Below, piece after piece: positions 1-8,169 of a stretch of 64,000 bases of DNA. This DNA comes from Myxococcales bacterium (GTDB lineage Bacteria > Myxococcota_A > UBA9160 > SZUA-336). The notes under the pieces are model-generated. The model saw only the letters and a list, made by a program, of their open reading frames with translations. It was not told the origin of the DNA and did no database searches. Each line of letters starts with the position of its first letter. Position 1 is the first letter of the stretch. Where the stretch lies: the NCBI GenBank assembly GCA_013215565.1, contig JABSQV010000130.1, forward strand, positions 8,880-72,879. Direction: 5' to 3'. The position numbers were made by a program, and so were the translations under genes.

Positions 1-560
1 CGATCAGGTTCGCAATTCGGGAACTGAGTTGCCGCATCGTCCAGTAAAACTCGTCGGCGGTCACGTCGGTGTTGGGATCGGTGTTGCCGCTGAAGCTCAA
101 CACCGGGGTCACCAGGTTGCCGTTCTTGTACACATCGAAGGTGCCGCTCGGGGAGGCCATGATCACGTGGATGTGGATCGACTCCCAGGTCGCGCTCGCG
201 ATCGGTGTCGCGCTGGTCGCCACGACAACCCCATCGACCTGGATGGTGATGTTGTTGGTGCTGTCCTCGAATGACACACCACCAAGCAGCGTTCCCGACT
301 TTCCATAGCCGAGGACGTGTAGGTCGTTGCTGGTGTTGTTGGCGGGGTTCTTGAAGTGGTAGTGGAGCCAGAACTCGCTCTTGGCGGCCGTCCAGGCATG
401 CCGCGCCGAGTGGGTGCCGATGGCGCTCGCGTGGTTCAGCGCCCGATCGGTATTCGCGTTGGGCGTGTCGGTTGTGTAGGTCGGGGTCGTTCCCGAGGCG
501 ACGATGATCTCGTCGTCGGCGATGCGAAGCCCACCAAAACCAAGCTGACCGATGATGCTC
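1..560 (-). CDS. minor tail protein, 5' part; gene continues beyond window start; immediately downstream of tape measure
   Basis: Minus-strand ATG at ~558-560 with GGAAGGA SD 7 nt upstream; open frame to nt 1 translating MSIIGQLGFGGLRIADDEIIVASGTTPTYTTDTPNANTDRALN...; position after TMP typical of distal tail protein. Confidence 0.5.
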
Positions 561-571
561 ATGTGTCCTTC

Positions 572-3500
572 CTATGGGGTCCAGGCATTGAACCGCCCTC
601 TGGTGAATCCGACCTTCGCTCCCGAAGCCCGACGGATGATGCGCTTGACGCCGGTTGCCCGACCTCGTTGCATCGACTCTACTTGTACCGCGTCAAGCAG
701 GCGACCCTCAGCAACAACCATCACTTCGATGCGTTGCCCTGAGCCTCCTCCTGCAGCCGCCGCGCCTGCACCGAGGGCAGCGCCAGCCTGTGCAGGCCCC
801 GCGCGTCCACCAGCCATGCGGGCACGGTTCTCGTCCGCGTTGAGGACAGCCTCGCCGGGGTGGAGAACGGTGCGCATGGTTGCGGGCACGTATTGGATCC
901 CACTCGAGGAGCCCTTCTTGAACAGGCTCCCGATCGCTTCGCCGATGTCCTTGATGAACCCGGAGTCATCGGAGTCGAACCCTTTACCGCCCTTCTTGTT
1001 CTTTTTATCCTTGCCGCCAATGCCGGGAATGATGGCCACGATGGCCTTACCGATCTCCTTGCCGATCTGAAGGACAGACTCAAGGATGCCCTCGACCAGC
1101 GCGAACACGATCCGAGGCATCTTGCCGATCAGTTCGACGACGATCCCTTCTACGAGGGCGAAGACGATCTCTGGGAGCGCCTTGACGATCTCGACAACCA
1201 CCTCGGGGATCAACATCACGATCGCCGGGAGCAGCTCGGGCAGCGCGTTGGCCAGGGCGATGATGATGTTGGGGATCATGCCGATGATGGTCGTGATCAG
1301 GAAGGGGATCTCTCCCAGAATTGCGGCGATGAGCTGAGGGATGGCTTCGATGACGGAGACAACGATCTGCGGGACGGCTCGAACGAGCGCCATGACGATG
1401 CCTGGGATCCCAGCGATGACCGCGTGGATGATCGCAGGCAAGCTATCGATCAGGGCATCAAGGATCTGGGGGATCGCGCGAACGATGGCACGAATGATCT
1501 GGGGAATGCCCTCAAGGATCGCCGTGATGATGCTGGGCAAGGCTTTGAGTAGCTGGCGAACAAGCAGAGGAATCACGTCGATGATTGTGACGATCGAACC
1601 AAGCAGCGCGGTCACAAGGCCAGGGATGGCGTCGAGGATGGCTTTGAGCACACGGGGCAGTTCGGCGACGAGCCCCTCAACAAGCGCGGGAAGCGAAGCC
1701 GCGATCGACGCAATGAGATCAGGGATCCGCTCCCCCAGTCGCTCAATGATGATCGGCGCTGACTCTGCGACTTGCTCAACGAATGCAATCGCGGCATCGA
1801 CCATCTGATCGACCATCGCGTTGGTGTTCCCGGTCTCTCCGACCCCGCGCCCTACCTGGCCGCTCTCGATGAGGGCCGCGGTGATCTCTTTGGTCGTCGC
1901 GAGGATCCCTCGGAGCGAGATGTCCATGCCGGTCAGGGAGCTGACGAGACCAACGGCGGCACCGCTGGCCATGCCGAAGGCGTTGACCGCAGCCATGCCG
2001 ATGTCGCCGAACGCGGCGATCAGGGTCTGGCGCTTGTGCTGGGCGATCTGCTTGTCGAACTCGGCCTCGATCGCTGCTCGGGTCTCGGCCGACGCTTCGG
2101 TCAGCTCGGCGAGGGTGTTGAACTTGTCGATCTCCAGCGCCTCGACAACCGACACCTCCTGGGCGCGCAGATCGGCGAGAATGTCCCCAGCCTCCTTCTC
2201 GGCGTCGATGCGGATCTGGCGCAGCTCGGCCTGGTGCTCCTCCTCCTCCTTCTCTGCCTCGGCAATGAAGTTGGCGTTGACCTGCTGCAGCGCCTCGCGC
2301 CGGTTCTCCTCGATCTTCTGGGTCTCCTCACCCAGCTCTGTGGCGAGCCTGACCTCCTCGTCGAAGGCTTTGTTGACCTCCTCGATCTTTTTCTCGCGAG
2401 CGCGGAGGGCCAGCTCGATCTCGTCGTCGGCGATCTTGAGCGCGTCATCCCTGAGGCTTTGCATCAGCGCCTGGGTGGCCTCGGCCGCCTTCTGTCTGGC
2501 CTCGATCGCTGTCTTGGCGACATCCTCGATCGACCGATTCTCGGCCTGGTGCGCCTCAAGTTGGACCTGCTTGTTCTCTTGCAGGAGTCGCTGGGAGGCA
2601 GACGAGATCTCGTTCCGCAGTGCGACGGCTCGACGGCTCTCCTCGGTCCGCTTCGCAGTGAGTTGATCGATCGCGGCCTGGGCGTCCTGCATGTTCTGGA
2701 TGTCGTCGCGCCCCAGCTTGTTGGCGATGACTTGGCGCGCGATCGTGTCCTGGGTGTGCTGGTTCTTGTCCTCCATCGCCGTCGCCACTTCTTGGGCTGC
2801 GGCGATCTGCTTGTCGAGGATCTTGACGTTCTCGTTCAGGGCGTCGGCCTGTGCCCGGATGACCGTGATCCCGTCCTTGCCGCCCTTGCGGATCAAGTCC
2901 TCGACGGTGAGCAACTCCCCGCCCGACTCGATCAACTTGCCCTGGTTGATCTGCAGGCGAGCGGTCTCGACCGATAGGGCGAGGACAGCCTCAAGCCGTC
3001 GCCGCTGGGCATCGGTCAGCGACTCGTCGGTCTCCAGCGCCTTGCGCGCTGCCGCCTGTTGCTTCTCCAGAGCTGGGGCGAGGCGCTTCTCCTCGGCCTG
3101 GGCGAGCTGCTCGGCTTCTGCGGTCAGCCGCTCCTGGGCGGCGCGGAGGAGCTCGGTCTCATCGCGGGCGGCCTTGACCTTGCCGATGTAGATCGCGATG
3201 GCGGCGACCACGGCTGCGATGGCTGCGGCGATGGCGAACAAGCCACCCGTGCTGACCGTGAGAGTGACACCGAATGCCGTCACGGCTGTACCTGCAACAC
3301 CAAACGCGGCACCGAGGGACGTGACCGCGCCAGACATCGCAATGGCACCCGTGGTCACGAACAGCACACCCATCGCCAGCAGCACCTTCTCGACGTGACC
3401 GGACAGGAAGATGAACGCCTTGATCAGCGGGGACATCGCAGCGGTGAAGTCGACGGTCAGCTTGACCATTGTCACAAAGCTGTTGGCGATCTCGGTCGAG

Positions 3501-4759
3501 TTGTTGAGCAGGAACGTGGTGATGTCGCCGAGGGTGTCCTTGACGACCTTGGAGATGGCCCCCGACTCCGACTTGAGGGCGGCGCTGGTCTCGTTCAGGA
3601 CCAGTGGGATCGCAGCGATCATCTCGCGCAGTGGACCCTTGAACGTGTCGAAGGTCTCGATCAGGAGATCCTGCAGCGCCGAGATCATCACCTTGGCCTG
3701 GAACTGGACGGTCTCCCCAGTCGTGTTCCACATGTCCTCGGTCGTGCCCGCCGAGTCCTTCATGCTCTCGGTGAAGCCGACCAGATCGATCTGCCCGGTG
3801 CGGATCGCCCCGGTGAGCTTGGCGATGTTCGCGCCCGACCGCGCACCGAAGATGGTGATCGCATCGCTGGCGGTCAGACCCACGTCCGCCATCTTGCCCA
3901 TGATCTCGTTGAAGCTGTTGGTCTCCGGGTTGATGTCCTTGAGTTGGAGTCCGTACTTCTTGAGGGCGGCGGCCTGCTGGTCAGTGCCCTTGGCGGCCTG
4001 GATCATCGACATACGGAAGTTGGTGCCTGCGAGCGAGCCCTCCAGGCCCAGGTCGCGGAACGCGGCGACGGCGGCCGTGGTCTCCTCGATGCTCATGCCG
4101 AAGGACGCGCCGGCGGTGCCTGCGAACTTCATCGCCTCTCGGATCGACTCGAAATCCAACAGGGAGGATCGCATCGACTTGGAGAACACATCGACGATGC
4201 GGGTGCTCTGGGTCGCGTCCAGCCCGAACTGCTTCATGGTCGCGGCGACCAGGTTCGCCGAGTCGCCAAGCTGGGCGCCGTTGACCCCAGCGAACCGCAG
4301 GGCATCTCCTGCGGCCGTCATCGACTGCTCAGCGGACAGACCGGCACGGGCGAGCGCCTCAAGCCCTTCGCCGGCCTGGGTGGCGGTGAATTCAGTCGAG
4401 GCACCCAACTCCCGCGCCTTGTCGATCAGCGGCTGCAGATCCTCGCCCGTCTTGTTGGTGATGGCGCTGACCACAGCCATCTGGTGCTCGAACCCAGACC
4501 CGACCGCGATGCTCGCCACGCCGAATGCGGTCATCGCTGCCCCGGCGACCTTGAAGGCCGTGGAGACTCCGGACTGGACCCGGCTGGCGACATTGATCAT
4601 GCCGTCGCCGCTGATTTTCATCGTGCGGCCGGCGCGCGCCATCCCCTTCTGGAAGTCGTCGTCCTTGAAAAACAGGGTGACGAGGAGCTTCCCGACGTTG
4701 GTCGACGATGGCACTTTGAGTCCTCCTCTCCCGCCGAGTGTATCAGCCTCGGTCAGCAC
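572..4759 (-). CDS. tail tape measure protein (1395 aa)
   Basis: Very long ORF; N-terminal alpha-helical region with many IPxL/ALxE heptad-like repeats, central hydrophobic segments, long coiled-coil (EAEQLAQAEEKRL...); located after tail chaperones as in siphoviruses. Confidence 0.9.
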   Translation of the reverse strand: MLTEADTLGGRGGLKVPSSTNVGKLLVTLFFKDDDFQKGMARAGRTMKISGDGMINVASRVQSGVSTAFKVAGAAMTAFGVASIAVGSGFEHQMAVVSAITNKTGEDLQPLIDKARELGASTEFTATQAGEGLEALARAGLSAEQSMTAAGDALRFAGVNGAQLGDSANLVAATMKQFGLDATQSTRIVDVFSKSMRSSLLDFESIREAMKFAGTAGASFGMSIEETTAAVAAFRDLGLEGSLAGTNFRMSMIQAAKGTDQQAAALKKYGLQLKDINPETNSFNEIMGKMADVGLTASDAITIFGARSGANIAKLTGAIRTGQIDLVGFTESMKDSAGTTEDMWNTTGETVQFQAKVMISALQDLLIETFDTFKGPLREMIAAIPLVLNETSAALKSESGAISKVVKDTLGDITTFLLNNSTEIANSFVTMVKLTVDFTAAMSPLIKAFIFLSGHVEKVLLAMGVLFVTTGAIAMSGAVTSLGAAFGVAGTAVTAFGVTLTVSTGGLFAIAAAIAAVVAAIAIYIGKVKAARDETELLRAAQERLTAEAEQLAQAEEKRLAPALEKQQAAARKALETDESLTDAQRRRLEAVLALSVETARLQINQGKLIESGGELLTVEDLIRKGGKDGITVIRAQADALNENVKILDKQIAAAQEVATAMEDKNQHTQDTIARQVIANKLGRDDIQNMQDAQAAIDQLTAKRTEESRRAVALRNEISSASQRLLQENKQVQLEAHQAENRSIEDVAKTAIEARQKAAEATQALMQSLRDDALKIADDEIELALRAREKKIEEVNKAFDEEVRLATELGEETQKIEENRREALQQVNANFIAEAEKEEEEHQAELRQIRIDAEKEAGDILADLRAQEVSVVEALEIDKFNTLAELTEASAETRAAIEAEFDKQIAQHKRQTLIAAFGDIGMAAVNAFGMASGAAVGLVSSLTGMDISLRGILATTKEITAALIESGQVGRGVGETGNTNAMVDQMVDAAIAFVEQVAESAPIIIERLGERIPDLIASIAASLPALVEGLVAELPRVLKAILDAIPGLVTALLGSIVTIIDVIPLLVRQLLKALPSIITAILEGIPQIIRAIVRAIPQILDALIDSLPAIIHAVIAGIPGIVMALVRAVPQIVVSVIEAIPQLIAAILGEIPFLITTIIGMIPNIIIALANALPELLPAIVMLIPEVVVEIVKALPEIVFALVEGIVVELIGKMPRIVFALVEGILESVLQIGKEIGKAIVAIIPGIGGKDKKNKKGGKGFDSDDSGFIKDIGEAIGSLFKKGSSSGIQYVPATMRTVLHPGEAVLNADENRARMAGGRAGPAQAGAALGAGAAAAGGGSGQRIEVMVVAEGRLLDAVQVESMQRGRATGVKRIIRRASGAKVGFTRGRFNAWTP

Positions 4760-5118
4760 TAACCCGCTGGGTCAGCGCCTCCCGCCTTGCGTTGGGTCAC
4801 CGCGATGCCCGCGCGGTGGAACGCATGGAGCAGCCCCATCTCGGCGCGCTCGGGATTCTGCTCCTTCGCCTCTTCAAGCGAGAAGGACTTATCGTTGGGT
4901 CCACGTCGTCGCCGTCGTCGAGTCGGCCGGTCGTTATCAGCGACCTTGGAACCCGAATATCCGGCACCCAGCACAGAGAGGATGGGCTCGGCGACGAGGT
5001 TGATCAGTCCGACCTTGTGCCGCATGACGCACCGCGACTGGAGCGCGATGCTCTCCCAGCTATAGCGATCCAGCAGATCGTCGAGGTCGTGCCCGGATGC
5101 GATCAGCGCACCGAGCAC
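4759..5118 (-). CDS. putative tail assembly chaperone (gene directly upstream of TMP)
   Basis: 119-aa ORF whose stop overlaps TMP start; conserved position of tail assembly chaperone; no obvious slippery overlap with next ORF. Confidence 0.4.
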   Translation of the reverse strand: MLGALIASGHDLDDLLDRYSWESIALQSRCVMRHKVGLINLVAEPILSVLGAGYSGSKVADNDRPTRRRRRRGPNDKSFSLEEAKEQNPERAEMGLLHAFHRAGIAVTQRKAGGADPAG

Positions 5119-5138
5119 CTCCTCGATGTCTTCCGGCC

Positions 5139-5774
5139 CTACTCGCTTTGCCGGCTTCCCATCAGTTGCGCCACGAGGTCGGTCAGCCTTGCCCCCGACC
5201 GGGCTAAGAAAGGGACGAGGCCGGCGACCAACTCCTCTGCGGCGAACAGATCGGCCGCGTCGGACGCAGAGGTGCCGGTCTCATCGGCGAGTTTCTGGTT
5301 GGCCTGTGCAACCACGCCGGGGTGGGCGGCCTCGAACGCGTTGGCCAGTGCAGTCAGGACCGTTTCGCTGGATGCGAGTTGCACCAGCGCCTCGGCGATG
5401 GCGCCGAACCCGCCCTGCATCCTCGTCTGGATGTCGTCCCCATCGATCTGGACCTGGAGCAGCGTTTCGAGTTGACGGACCACTCTGATCTGGCCGCGCG
5501 CCGGGAGTGCCGACTTGCAGATGTAGCTGTTGCCGGCCGGGTCGAAGACCTCGATCGTGTCGGGCGGGTCGAGCTGATCGAACAGATCGCGCATCGCCTC
5601 GGCCGCTGATCGCAGCGTCATCTCGGCATCCGACTCCTCGTCGGGATCGAGCAGCTCGGCATCGAGTGCCTCGCCGGGCTGCTCGTCCAACTCGGCGTCG
5701 GACAGCTCGTCGGACAGCTCGTCGGTCTCGGCGCCCTTCTCGGGCTGGGCGGGTGTCGGGATATCGAGTCCCAT
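5139..5774 (-). CDS. putative tail assembly chaperone, highly acidic N-terminus
   Basis: ORF 5139..5804, probable start MGLDIPTP; DE-rich N-terminal third, position between major tail protein and TMP. Confidence 0.45.
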   Translation of the reverse strand: MGLDIPTPAQPEKGAETDELSDELSDAELDEQPGEALDAELLDPDEESDAEMTLRSAAEAMRDLFDQLDPPDTIEVFDPAGNSYICKSALPARGQIRVVRQLETLLQVQIDGDDIQTRMQGGFGAIAEALVQLASSETVLTALANAFEAAHPGVVAQANQKLADETGTSASDAADLFAAEELVAGLVPFLARSGARLTDLVAQLMGSRQSE

Positions 5775-5845
5775 GATGTCCTCCTGGGCCTCGGTGGGCC
5801 TCATTCGAGGTCACCGTATCCCAGAAGGGGTCCTGAGCACCAGGA

Positions 5846-6457
5846 TCAAAGCAGCCGCTCGACCTTGATCAGCTGAGCGTTGGTCGCGAGGGACACGCCC
5901 GCCCAGTCGGTGTCGGCCCGGAGCGCCTTGAAGTTGTATTCGAACTGGTGCTCGTCGTGGGTGAACGGCAGCGAGGTGTTGCCCTCACCAACGGCGCGCC
6001 AGACATAGACGTTCATGGTGTTCGAGGACTGGCACATCTGATGTTGGACGTGGAGCGCCACCTCGGTGACACAGGGCTCGCCGCCGAAAGTGAAGGTCTC
6101 GTCAGAGCCCGTCACGGTCGTGTTGCCCGCGCCCAAGGCGAAGGTCAGTGAGTCGAAGTTCCACTCGATGCTGGTCACCTTGACCATGACCGACTGGGAC
6201 TGGATGAAGGTCAGCTCGATCAGCTTGGGGTTGCCCTGCATGATGTCGCGTTGCTCGGAGGCGAACTCGACGGTGATGCCGTCTTCGGTGATCGCGCCGA
6301 CATCAACGGAGGGAGTGGAGCCAACGGCTCCGAGGAACAACCTCGCGGGACCAAAGCTGATGTCCTCGCGGGTGACGGTGGGGAGGTTCAGGGGCACGGG
6401 CACCCTCCTTGCGGAGTTTAGGGTCGAGGTGCGGTGCGCTTCGCCGAGCGTCGTCAC
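5846..6457 (-). CDS. major tail protein
   Basis: 203-aa beta-rich protein immediately upstream of chaperones/TMP; typical size and position. Confidence 0.55.
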   Translation of the reverse strand: MTTLGEAHRTSTLNSARRVPVPLNLPTVTREDISFGPARLFLGAVGSTPSVDVGAITEDGITVEFASEQRDIMQGNPKLIELTFIQSQSVMVKVTSIEWNFDSLTFALGAGNTTVTGSDETFTFGGEPCVTEVALHVQHQMCQSSNTMNVYVWRAVGEGNTSLPFTHDEHQFEYNFKALRADTDWAGVSLATNAQLIKVERLL

Positions 6458-6498
6458 GTGGACGATAGCACGGCGTGCCCCTGAGGGCTATTGCCCGA

Positions 6499-6963
6499 TT
6501 ATTTGGCGATGGCCTGGGCGGCCTCGATCTCCTCCTCGCTCATGTACGCCTCGGTGTTGATCTCGCCACACCCCCGGCAGATGATCTGCATGAAGCCGGG
6601 GGTCACCACGTCGGCGACCTGTTGCGCGATCGTCCGACACTGATCGTCATCGAGCGCGGCACCCGCGAGACTCACGCCCTCCAAAACAGCCTCGATGAGC
6701 TGCTCGGCGCCGACCCCGCCGACGCGGCTGTAGACAAGGTGGTCCTTGTACCTGATCCGCAGGATGTCGGTGCTCTGGTCGTACCAGGCCAGCAGGGCGT
6801 TGCACTTCTTGCAGTTCCACCGCGCGTCCTTCATGACCTTGCCAGAGTCCTCACGCTGGCTCCGCTCGCCTGGGAGGAACGCTCGACCCAGGGACGCGAT
6901 GTCGCGCTCCATCGCACCGATCCGGCGCTCCATCTTCTTCTCGGCGTTGGGGTCGTGGCTCAT
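6499..6963 (-). CDS. zinc-ribbon protein (CxxC...CxxC), Mu Com-like motif WNCKKCNALL
   Basis: Long ORF 6499..7542 is R/S/P-rich junk in its first 193 codons; protein-like sequence begins at MSHDPNAEKK; contains CKKC and CRGC pairs. Confidence 0.45.
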   Translation of the reverse strand: MSHDPNAEKKMERRIGAMERDIASLGRAFLPGERSQREDSGKVMKDARWNCKKCNALLAWYDQSTDILRIRYKDHLVYSRVGGVGAEQLIEAVLEGVSLAGAALDDDQCRTIAQQVADVVTPGFMQIICRGCGEINTEAYMSEEEIEAAQAIAK

Positions 6964-7184
6964 CGTGTCTCCGTGGTGACCGCGATCCTGAAGCTCTCGC
7001 CGCAGCCGGGGCAGTCGCCGGTCTTGTCTTCTGTGGTTCCGATCGTGTCGCGGATCGTTGTGGGGTAGACCCCCTCCTCGTCGCGGAGCCTCAGAACGAT
7101 CGACCGACACCCAGATGGGCACAGAACGATCGTGGTGGCCTTGGCGACATTCCTGCTCATCTCGATTCCGGGTCGGGTGCGCAT
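6960..7184 (-). CDS. small zinc-ribbon protein (CPSGC...CPGCGE)
   Basis: Protein-like part of ORF 6960..7301 starts MRTRPGIEMSRNV; two CxxC pairs 33 aa apart, Com-like arrangement. Confidence 0.4.
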   Translation of the reverse strand: MRTRPGIEMSRNVAKATTIVLCPSGCRSIVLRLRDEEGVYPTTIRDTIGTTEDKTGDCPGCGESFRIAVTTETR

Positions 7185-7192
7185 CGGAGCTC

Positions 7193-7621
7193 CTACGTGC
7201 CTGTGGCTGTGGTCGCGATCCACCGACCGCGCATGAACCAGGCGTCGAGGTTGTCGACGTGGCCCTCGACGGGTCGCTGGATCTCGCGCGAGACCCCGCA
7301 CATCGCGACCCCGGCCACAGCCAGCCGCGACTCATGCAAGACCTCGAAGGCGGTGTCGTAGATCTCGGCCGCCTGATCCAGCGACCGCTTGCTGTACCCG
7401 TACAGCTCGAACGTCTGCCCAGCGACGTACCCACCGCTCCTCGCGTTGCCCGACAAGAACTCAAACACCAGGATCGGACCCTCGCCGAGCTGCTCGATCG
7501 CCTTGGCGTCCTCGAGGCGAGAGCCGAACACCCGGCCGCCAACGAGCGTCTGGATCTCGTCGCTGCCCAGCAAGGTCTTCCGGATCAGGAGTCGAACGGT
7601 TCTGGTCTCTGCTCGTCCCAT
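7193..7621 (-). CDS. tail terminator / tail completion-like protein
   Basis: 142-aa protein in the head-tail joining block upstream of major tail; composition similar to DUF3168-type tail proteins (inference). Confidence 0.4.
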   Translation of the reverse strand: MGRAETRTVRLLIRKTLLGSDEIQTLVGGRVFGSRLEDAKAIEQLGEGPILVFEFLSGNARSGGYVAGQTFELYGYSKRSLDQAAEIYDTAFEVLHESRLAVAGVAMCGVSREIQRPVEGHVDNLDAWFMRGRWIATTATGT

Positions 7622-8169
7622 CAGATATTCAGCCCCGATCCCGGTCCGCGGGGAGTGAAGCGCAGGGCGGCCTTGGACCGAAGTCGGCTACCCAGCTCCT
7701 TGACGATGACTCGCATGGTCGCCTTCTGGGTGGCGGGCGCGGCCGCCGTGTTCCACAGAATGTCGCGACCCAGCATCACCCTGGTCCCCTTCACCACGTA
7801 GACAGCGTGAGGTGCGATCCCGGCATCGAGCTTGATCGCGAAATTGGGAGGCGACCGCGAGAAGTTGGTCCTGAGGGCGTTGAGCAATGTGCCCTTCTGG
7901 GTGTGGACCCGCATCTCGGGATTCAGGAGGGTCTTGTTGCTCGCCGCCGCGTGAATGCCGATGCTGCCGTGCCGCCGCGCGTAGGGGTGGCCCAGTCGGG
8001 CGAGCTGCTCGGGGCTGTGGTCCCGCAGGCTCATGTTCTTGCGGATCCTGCTCTCCAGCAGCCGACCCGCAACCTGCACCGCTGCCTCAGCCGCCTTCTG
8101 TTCGAGCGACCCGATCTTCTGTAGCTGCTGGATGGAGACATTCAGAGCGCCGGCATCGAAGTGCATCAT
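7621..8169 (-). CDS. head-tail joining protein (HK97 gp10-like position)
   Basis: Start MMHFDAG overlaps stop of upstream glycosyltransferase (aATGAtg); position in head-tail connector block. Confidence 0.4.
   Translation of the reverse strand: MMHFDAGALNVSIQQLQKIGSLEQKAAEAAVQVAGRLLESRIRKNMSLRDHSPEQLARLGHPYARRHGSIGIHAAASNKTLLNPEMRVHTQKGTLLNALRTNFSRSPPNFAIKLDAGIAPHAVYVVKGTRVMLGRDILWNTAAAPATQKATMRVIVKELGSRLRSKAALRFTPRGPGSGLNI

Noticed and set aside
3059-4762. 567-aa plus-strand ORF
   Set aside because: Antisense shadow of the tape measure gene; Arg/Gly/Asp-rich, typical wrong-strand ORF in high-GC DNA
6499-7542. 347-aa minus ORF as a single gene
   Set aside because: First 193 codons are R/S/P-rich wrong-frame; the real coding part starts at 6963, and the upstream part overlaps two independent genes in other frames
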